DNA of 11,956 nucleotides from NCBI RefSeq assembly GCF_006345805.1, contig NW_021826810.1, positions 1 to 11,956 of the forward strand, read 5' to 3'. The DNA is from Octopus sinensis. Its lineage: Eukaryota. The position numbers and the translations under genes are program-made. The notes under the pieces were generated by a model, which saw nothing but the letters and a program-made list of their open reading frames with translations, was not told the DNA's origin and made no database searches. Shown piece by piece: positions 1-7,600 of the stretch (the first letter of the stretch is position 1; each line of letters starts with the position of its first letter).

Positions 1-929
1 CAAAACCGGAGCAGTGAGCATATATGGAAGTGGTGAGGTGTTGACAATGGTTCTGTGTGTGCCCAGCATGAGGGGATGTGAGTCAAGGTCAAGGGTCGAG
101 GGTCAGTGAGGAGGAAGGAAAGAGAAGCAGTGGTTGATCATAGAGCGCATAAGCATGAGCAACAGTGTCCCCAGTACGAAATCAGCCAGAAGGGCAGCAA
201 CAGATTGCAAGCTTCCATAGCATGCCACTGATGGAGGTGGTCATGGAATGCATTGGGGGACACAATGATGATATTGCTGGACTAGAAGCAAGGCAGAGGT
301 GTAGTCTTCACAGCTGTGGCAGCGGAAGAGTCATAGCCATGACATCAAGGCGAAGGTGAGGAGGGTCTGAATGTGAAAAATGATGAATGACCAGAGATGC
401 TGTCAGCGGTGCATGATGGTGAGGAGCAGGCAAGCATGCATGAGTGTATGAGCACGCGTGGTGGCTGCCTGGGTGCAAGGCGGAGTGCAACAATGACAGC
501 GAAGGTGAGGGCACTCATGTGCCGATGTATGAGGTAGTGGCAGCACACTGAGGACTTGCTGACCTTGTAAGGTCAAGAGGCATGTATCGATTTATCAGAA
601 AAGACGAGGACTGTAAATGTTTGAATAATCAGCAATATTTTGAGAATTGTGAAATGAAAAATTGCACTTAGAATTTTCCTCACTCACACTTATCAGATTG
701 AGAAATTATGGGTTAATACACATTTACTAATAGCTGTGAAGATTATATTTACCCTGCATTTCACTGTAGTGTAAATCTTTGTCAAGAAACATGAGAAACG
801 AAAATGTTGGAATCTCACCAAACCTTTGAAAATTTCCGTTGAAAATTGTATTTCATTAGGTTAATTTTTGTATTATCTGAAATAGAATACCCGCATATCA
901 TTAATCCCCATTAAATGAATTAATATTTG

Positions 930-967
930 TATATATATATATCCAAATATATATAATATATATACAA

Positions 968-1033
<66 letters not shown>

Positions 1034-1040
1034 CATACAT
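930..1040. repeat. Interrupted (TA)n microsatellite ending in (ATAC)3
   Basis: Read directly. It abuts the A-rich 3' tail of the CR1 fragment. Confidence 0.95.
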
Positions 1041-1045
1041 GCATG

Positions 1046-1807
1046 TTTTTTCTTTTTGTAGTTTCAGTTCAGAGTTGTGACCATGCTGGAGCACTGCCTT
1101 TGCTACTCTGTATTACTGAGAGTCTCCTCTAATATGTGGCCTTGGTGAAGAATGGAGTTTGATGTTACTTATCCTCATTTGCACCTCTTGCCGTGAGGTA
1201 GGTTCATCTGGGACTCTCGACAGGAAGAGGTCCAGCTTTGATTCAAAAACCCCCCAATCTACTCTGTGCAAGTTCTTCAGACTCTATGGGAGAATAAAAA
1301 AAAGCTGTGGGTCCCTGAAACCCAGGCTGTTGCAGAAGCTGGTCCTGAAGTGTGATGGCATTGCTGGGATCTTTGGCACTATGCAGTGTTGTCGCCGTTC
1401 TAGCATTGGTGTAGCTTACAATGCCAAAATTTGGCACAATTCCTTCCAGGATCTTCCAGATATATATTACTGCATACTTCTTCTCCTCCCGTCTCTCTCC
1501 AGGGAGTAGAGTCTTAGCTGTTTCAACCTTTCCCAGTAGCTGAGCTGTTGCAAAGAGACGATCTTCTTTGTGAATCTTCTCTGGATTGCTTCACGGTCCG
1601 CTGTTAATTTCACACTGGTGGGTGACCATAGCTGTGAGCAGTAATCCAGGCGGCTGAGGACGAATGTCCGCCAGAGGACCATCATGGTTTCCTTATCTCT
1701 GGTTCTGAATGTTCTTAGGATCCATCCAGCCAGTCGTTTGCACTTTGTCGCCATCTTGGTAATGTGCACTTGGAAAGAGGTATCCTCACTCATGTCGATA
1801 CCCAGGG
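1046..1807 (-). mobile_element. 5'-truncated, degenerate CR1-clade LINE (ORF2 C-terminus, 3' UTR and A-rich tail)
   Basis: Minus-strand translation gives LGIDMSEDTSFQVHITK...GWILRTFRTRDKETMMVLWRTFVLSRLDYCSQLWSP...IQRRFTKKI...YWERLKQLRLYSLER. After frameshifts it continues KYAVIYIWKILEGIVPNFG, HCIVPKIP...SFCNSLGFRDPQLF (in-frame stop) and FESKLDLFLSRVPDEP. These are typical CR1 post-RT motifs. A short 3' UTR and an A-rich tail (T-run at 1046-1057 on +) follow. Confidence 0.9.
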
Positions 1808-1864
1808 TGCTAGAAACAACAGCCAATCTCCCTTAAATCACACACATTTCCCTCGACCTCTTAC

Positions 1865-2456
1865 AAAACATTTTGCCAACAAATTTCTTTTTAATCGTAA
1901 TCTACATCGTTTGAAAGTTATTTCTATAATTTCATTCAAAAATACCCATTTCCTGAAATTTATGAGGAGGGAAATGTCTGGTTGTGTGAATTTTGCGAAA
2001 CTCCTTTCCGCAACCCTTCAGAAAATGTTTTTCCAACAAATCCTTACAAAAACTCAATCTATAGGATCTAAGCGATTATTTGTTGAAAGTTTCCTTAAAA
2101 AAAATATCTATTTTTCTGCAAGTTATGAGGAAACAAAGTCGGTGGGGTATATATCTGTAGTTATGCCGAATTTGCTTCCTCACAACTTTCACAAAATTAA
2201 ATATTTTTTAATGAAATTTTCTACAAATATTCTTCAGATGGTTTAGATTCCGATTAAATCGGAATTCATTGTGAAAATCGCTTGTCCCTGGGTGGGAAAC
2301 GCATTTTCAGAAAATTCACAAGATTCGCCTTTGTTATGAAAGACAAAAAAGTTTTCCCAATAAATCCCCATAGAATCGGAATCCACACCATCTGAAGCAT
2401 ATTTGTAAGAAATTCCATGAAAAATATCCATTTCTCTGCAAGTTATTAGGGAAGAA
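1865..2456. repeat. Four degenerate ~110-bp modules (R1) in orientation + + - +
   Basis: + copies at ~1865-1972, ~2022-2134 and ~2345-2456 share TTT(T/C)CCAA(C/T)AAAT...AAAATA(T/C)C(C/T)ATTT...TGCAAGTTAT(G/T)AGG; the first copy is the most diverged. The inverted copy is at ~2173-2286. 2222-2277 and the reverse complement of 2352-2407 match at 47/56 without gaps. Confidence 0.8.
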
Positions 2457-2589
2457 GCATATACATCATCAAGGAACATTTATACACATGTATATTTATA
2501 TATACCTACATATACACACATGTCTTTGCTATGTTTTTTAAACACATAAAACTCATAGATGCATACTTTTATAATATTTTACACTTAAA

Positions 2590-2972
2590 CCGCCACAGGA
2601 CAATATTTTTAGAGTTGCTTCTAAAAGTGTCCTTCACGTTTTTTATGAAAAACGATACAAATTTCAGAGTATTTGGCTGTTATTTCTAGCATGATGTTAG
2701 GCCATCTATAGGACAATATTCGACATGGATGCTTTGTAAATTGTCCTTCGATTTTTATTTGTGATGAAACAAAAATGTGAAGGTTTAGGTGGCTCTTTCT
2801 AGCATGAAATGAGACCATATACAGGTCAATTTTATTTATGAATGCTTCTTATCTGTCCTTCAAAATTTATATGAAAAATAAAGTGGTTTCTATTTCTAGC
2901 ATGAAAAATGACCAGCTATGGGAAAGCCTTTACTGAATGCTTCTTAAAATGTCCTTCTCTTTTTTTATGAAC
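2590..2972 (+). repeat. Degenerate tandem repeat (R2), period ~96-114 bp, ~3.5 copies
   Basis: TGTCCTTC occurs at 2628, 2742, 2854 and 2950, each preceded by TGCTT. TTTCTAGCATGA occurs at 2683, 2796 and 2893. Confidence 0.85.
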
Positions 2973-2976
2973 CCCC

Positions 2977-3273
2977 AACAGCAACAACAACAACAACCCT
3001 ACGAGGACGAAAGGCAATGTTTGTGCGTGTGTGCAGTTGGAATGTCACTGCAACAACAACAACAACAACAATCTATTCTTATTAAACGTTATAAACAGTC
3101 AGATGCAGACTGCACACACGCACACACAACGCTGATGACGATGATGATGATGATGATGACGATGATGATGGTGGTGATGATGGCGGTGGTGATGATGATG
3201 ACGATGATGATGCAGGTGGCGGTGGTGGTGGTGATGGAGGCGGTGGCGGTTGTCGTCTGCTGTTGTTGTTGTT
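2977..3273. repeat. Compound simple-repeat tract: (CAA)n, (CA)n, (GAT)n/(GGT)n/(GGC)n, (GTT)n
   Basis: Read directly: CAA runs at ~2977-2997 and ~3051-3072, a GAT/GGT mosaic at ~3134-3250 and a GTT run at ~3260-3273. Confidence 0.95.
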
Positions 3274-3550
3274 GGTCGTCTGCCTTTTAATGGAGAATCA
3301 ATGATTATGAAAGTCTCTGCTTTCGGACCAGACATTCCTATACATACATGCATGCATATATATATATATACTAAGTAATTAAGGGTGTAGCAACGATTTG
3401 CCTCACCACACACTGAGTTTAGAAATAGCAGTCAAAGAGTTATAGCTATTCCTTCTACTAAAAGGGAGATCTCAGTAAAACCACATCACTTAAAAGGCAA
3501 AACGCAGGCAAGAGAGAAAGAAATAACGGCAATCATTCTATATTAAGTTA

Positions 3551-3641
3551 CCTACGGACGTACGTTTCGAAGTTAAGTTTTAGGAAAGCATAAGAATTAG
3601 ATAATTATGTCTTACCCAACTATTCTTCTCATCAGCGTAGG
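3551..3641 (-). ncRNA. Type I hammerhead ribozyme, minus-strand copy
   Basis: Exact reverse complement of 4097-4187. Predicted cleavage is after the GUC at 3559-3557. Confidence 0.85.
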
Positions 3642-4096
3642 ACTCTACAATTATGAATAATTGTATATTAAATTTGGAGATACTAGAAGACATCACCTCA
3701 ACCCAAAGTATCAGAGTGAGTCAAAGCCGTTACTAGTATCGCCAAATTCAAAGTGTGAATGAAAGTTTGTGTCACCAACCCCTTCCTACCAGCGTGCCGC
3801 CAAGACAATATGTTGTGGTCATTTACTGGGATGAAATATGGTTATCAGTAATAATATAGGGTGAAATCAATTAATTTGGAATAATCATTAATTTCACCAA
3901 GTAGATTTCGGCATGTAAAAGCCCCATTCGAGGAAAGTTTAAGTAATACTAAGTAATTAAGGGTTTAGCAACGATTTGCCTCACCACACACCAAGTTTAG
4001 AAATAGCAGTCAAAGAGTTATAGCTATTCCTTCTACTAAAAGGGAGATCTCAGTAAAACCACATCACTTAAAAGGCAAAACGCATAATTGTAGAGT

Positions 4097-4187
4097 CCTA
4101 CGCTGATGAGAAGAATAGTTGGGTAAGACATAATTATCTAATTCTTATGCTTTCCTAAAACTTAACTTCGAAACGTACGTCCGTAGG
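4097..4187 (+). ncRNA. Type I hammerhead ribozyme, plus-strand copy
   Basis: Stem I CCUACG(4097-4102)/CGUAGG(4182-4187). Core CUGAUGA at 4103-4109. Stem II base GAAG(4110-4113)/CUUC(4166-4169) with an extended hairpin. GAAA at 4170-4173. Stem III is the palindrome ACGUACGU. Cleavage triplet GUC at 4179-4181. Confidence 0.88.
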
Positions 4188-4322
4188 TAACTTAATATAG
4201 AATGATTGCCGTCATTTCTTTCTCTCTTGCCTGCGTTTTGCCTTTTAAGTGATGTGGTTTTACTGAGATCTCCCTTTAAGTAGAAGGAATAGCTATAACT
4301 CTTTGACTGCTATTATTACTGA

Positions 4323-4326
<4 letters not shown>

Positions 4327-4356
<30 letters not shown>
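4327..4356. repeat. (TA)15 microsatellite, right flank of the ribozyme element
   Basis: Read directly. Confidence 0.95.
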
Positions 4357-4364
<8 letters not shown>

Positions 4365-4580
4365 GAAACATACATACTTATAGCCTTATTTCTATATATA
4401 CGTTCCTAAATATCTGTGTATATATATATAAACACATGTATATATACTGTATATAAATATACACTCACACACAAAGAGAGAGTGTTGAGAAATGTTACAA
4501 CAATAAGTGTTAGTGTGTAGAATGCAATGTATGCGATGCAGGTTCGATTCACGGGCGAAGCCATTTACATCAACAACAAT

Positions 4581-4604
4581 AAGAAGAAGAAGAAGAAGAA
4601 GAAG
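4581..4604. repeat. (AAG)8 microsatellite just downstream of the gene's stop codon
   Basis: Read directly. Confidence 0.95.
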
Positions 4605-4611
4605 ATTGAAG

Positions 4612-4636
4612 TTTAATATTTCTGGAAATATTTATT
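4612..4636 (-). promoter_or_regulatory. Candidate polyadenylation signals
   Basis: On the minus strand, AATAAA at 4636-4631 overlaps the TAA stop, and ATTAAA is at 4617-4612. Both hexamers are common in AT-rich DNA. Confidence 0.3.
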
Positions 4637-7600
4637 TGTCAAAATAAAAGAAAGCAAAAGATTGACGTCCAGGAATAATTCCAAAAACCATCAAAGAATT
4701 GTCTGAAACATCTAAACCAAGAACTTCAAAGACTTCATTATCATACCCTCTGAGGAGTAAATATTTTGAATTATCTTTTAATTCCAGGATTTCATCATCT
4801 TCAGATGTTTCCTCTTCAATATGTTGAGGTATTTCGTAAATATTGTTTATGAAATCTGTTATATAAACACATTCACCAATTATGGTCAGACGAGCTCTTG
4901 GAATATAGTATTCTGGATCATAAAACATTCTTTCTTCTATTCTTATCCTCCTCACCAAAGACTTTTCCCTGAACCATTCCACAAAACAAAAAACATCCCA
5001 CCCTCCAAACCTCCTCTTCTTTGTCTCCCTCCTCAAAACAACAACATCACCAAAAGATGTGACTCCCACACCATCCACCCCTTCATCTTCCTCCAACCTT
5101 CTCCATCTCCTCACCTTCCCACGACACACTCCATCTTTACATTTCCCATCATTGATATCAACCACATCCACATAATAAGGGTCAAAGATGTCGGGGTCAT
5201 CGCAATAATAGTAATACTTGTTGTTTCTCCATATTCTTTTGTATTTCTTGTCTCCCTTTTCTTGAGTTATGTCTCTAATATAATGACCACCACACACGAG
5301 TTGATTGTCGTTGTATTTATAAATCCTGTTGTAGTATTTCTCAGTTTTTATGGTTTTTAAACCACAGAGATCCCTGTCAAAGACCCTCATTTCTCTCCCA
5401 AAGGCGACAATGAAACATTCCTCTGTCCACCGACATATGTCCAGTGCTGGTCGTTGTTGTTGTTCATGTTGAAGTATGTCCACTGTTGTTGTTGTTGTTG
5501 TTCTGATTAATGTGACACTTTCTCGAAACATCAACACACTCACATTCTCATCTAACTTAATTAGTTTACTGTTCCGGTCCTTAATGTCCCTCAAATCGTA
5601 ATCAACAGGTTCCTCGTATGCAGGAATGGAAAAAGGGACCATTGCTGTCCTATATGGAAGTCTCCTCACTGATATTTCATCAATTCCTGAATTATTAATC
5701 TCTGCTATGTAATTACCACATCTCACCTTTAATCTACCTTTACTAATTATTTCACCTGATTTACCTCTTCTTCCTCCTCCATCTCCATCTCCTCCTCTGT
5801 ATTCCAAGTTGTTAATTAATTCATTACTGAATATTTCCTTGTTCGTTTCAGATGTAATGGAAGGGAAACGAAGACCAGAATCAAGATTTAATAACGACAC
5901 AGATTCCAGAATGTTCACTTGGTCCCCATCAATCTTTATGCAATGACATTCAATCAATTCATTATGTACACACCAGTAAATACCCGCCACTTTTCTCCCT
6001 ATTACACCATAAGGGATGAGACTCGACCAAACTTGAGATGTCTGCAAATCTTCCCCATTCAGTTGAAATATTTCTTTCCTTTTAGGAACCGTGGCCATTA
6101 TGTGTGATTCTTGTGTAAAACACACACCACCAACTAAACTTGCAACATTTCTGTGACGTAGCAACTGGCCGTCTTCATCGAATATTTTAACATTTCCATT
6201 ATTGGCTTTTTCACACACAACTGTCTTTCCTTCCTCAGAGACATCAAAATCTTTTACTTGAACAGGACATTCGTCTGTTTGTAAACGAGCAACCGGGAAA
6301 CTGTCTCGATTCACCATAAACAACCCTTCAACATACAATTCATTACTTTCTTCCCTCCTGGGGCTTCCAACGAACCTTGGTCCTTTACAGTCTATACTGG
6401 AGAAATATACTTTATCTTTATAAATTCTTTCATTTAAAAATATTCTCTTGTATTCCCCATTCTGGGTCAAACACAAAATGTTTCGATATCCAGATGAACT
6501 AAAACATTTCTCCCACTCACCATAAATGTACAAAAAACTGTCATCAATTGTCATCCTGTCATCACTACCAAGATAATCCATGTAGTGTCTGACTGAATGT
6601 AAATATTGACCATTACTGTTGAAGAAAATGATGAATCTTTCGTTGAAGACAATGATGACATCTTCATCAGTAACTTTAATATCCCGGATTCTATCAGAAT
6701 AATTTCCATCTTCTTTTCTCCTTATTAATGGTTCAGGTATGTCTATTTTTTTTATTTCCTCCACACTCGAATGTATTTCATCAAGATCAACAAAATGCAA
6801 ATGTCTTACATCTTTCGATTCACTAAAAACCAGTTGATTGTTTGATAAAGAAGCCACACATTCATAATTATTTCTTGTTTGATAAATTACCAACGACAAT
6901 GGAAATTCCACTTTTAATGTCAACAGTTGGAGTTTATCATCATCTTCAGCATCCCCAGTCATAATGACCAGTGTGTTTGACTGCCATTGACACATTTTAA
7001 TATAATCATAAACATTCACTTTGATTGAATCCAAAAGCTGACCATCCAATGTGAATATCTTAATGTTTCCATTCTCCCTGTCACATACTGCAATCAGATT
7101 ATTTTCAGTAAGAACCAAAGATATAATCCTCGCTGGTCTTTTGTCTCCCAAATGTTTAGGGAGAGGAATATGTCTGGCTTTATCAGAAACTGTCATGTCC
7201 TGTAGATATAAAGTGGAAGACAACATTTCACTGAGAGAAATGTTTCTGGAAAATACATCCACCAGGTCGATATAATAATTTAGTTGATTATTAGTAACGA
7301 GATCATTAACCAACAAATTCTGATCGTTTATGGCAAACATACGGCTTCTGTCTATCAGATAAACAGACGTTTGGTCAATAGATCCACCTTGGAGACTGAG
7401 GGGACGTTTCACTTGGGACATTAAAACACTGGGGACCATCTGACGACCGCCCTGACCACCACCACCTATTGTAGTGTTGTACTGAAAAGCTTTTCCCCTA
7501 GTAACAATAAATAGCTTTTCTGTTTTCTTGTCTATTGATAATGATTTCACAAACACAGGGATATTAATTGTCTTAATTACTTCAACTTGATTATAATAAT

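Larger units (their letters stand above)
3368..4326 (-). mobile_element. Non-autonomous hammerhead-bearing retroelement (Penelope-like pLTR derivative or retrozyme) inserted in (TA)n
   Basis: Direct repeat 3368-3506 / 3946-4084 (3 mismatches in 139 bp). Inverted repeat 3424-3655 / 4083-4314 (2 mismatches in 232 bp). Hammerhead in both inverted arms. (TA)n flanks at 3356-3370 and 4327-4356. No RT or GIY-YIG ORF was seen. The family assignment is inference. Confidence 0.7.

Noticed and set aside
1-575. GC-richer segment with three short ORFs and a 12-bp direct repeat GCGAAGGTGAGG (350-361, 499-510)
   Set aside because: No frame gave a recognisable domain, and stops are frequent. It is probably a decayed transposable element, but no family can be supported.
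560-575. Palindrome TGACCTT-GT-AAGGTCA (everted nuclear-receptor half-sites), plus TCAAGGTCA at 83-91
   Set aside because: A 7-bp-arm palindrome is expected by chance in 12 kb, and there is no promoter context or conservation evidence.
795-860. Possible fifth, very diverged R1 module left of the CR1 (GGAATCTCACCA...TGAAAATTT)
   Set aside because: The similarity is short and AT-rich and cannot be distinguished from chance by eye.
1159-1509. 116-aa + strand ORF and the 64-aa and 119-aa minus-strand ORFs
   Set aside because: These are the antisense shadow and frameshifted pieces of the CR1 ORF2 relic, not host genes.
1764-2818. ORFs of 160, 78 and 65 aa
   Set aside because: They lie on degenerate AT-rich repeats and have F/K/N/I-biased composition with no domain.
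2590-2972. CRISPR-like repeat-spacer array
   Set aside because: The context is eukaryotic, the boxes are only 8-12 bp, the spacers are homologous to one another and there are no cas genes.
2937-3413. Poly-Q/poly-M ORF (+) and poly-H ORF (-)
   Set aside because: They are artefacts of stop-free trinucleotide repeats.
3895-3933. Possible second, degenerate hammerhead on the minus strand (GGC-TTTTACAT-GCC-GAAA), near a hairpin at 3860-3898
   Set aside because: The CUGANGA core is absent (reads CGAAUGG), and there is no convincing stem I, stem III or NUH triplet.
3656-3945. GIY-YIG endonuclease remnant within the ribozyme element
   Set aside because: I translated part of the + strand and scanned the - strand by eye and found no convincing motif. 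A TBLASTX search against PLE proteins would settle it.
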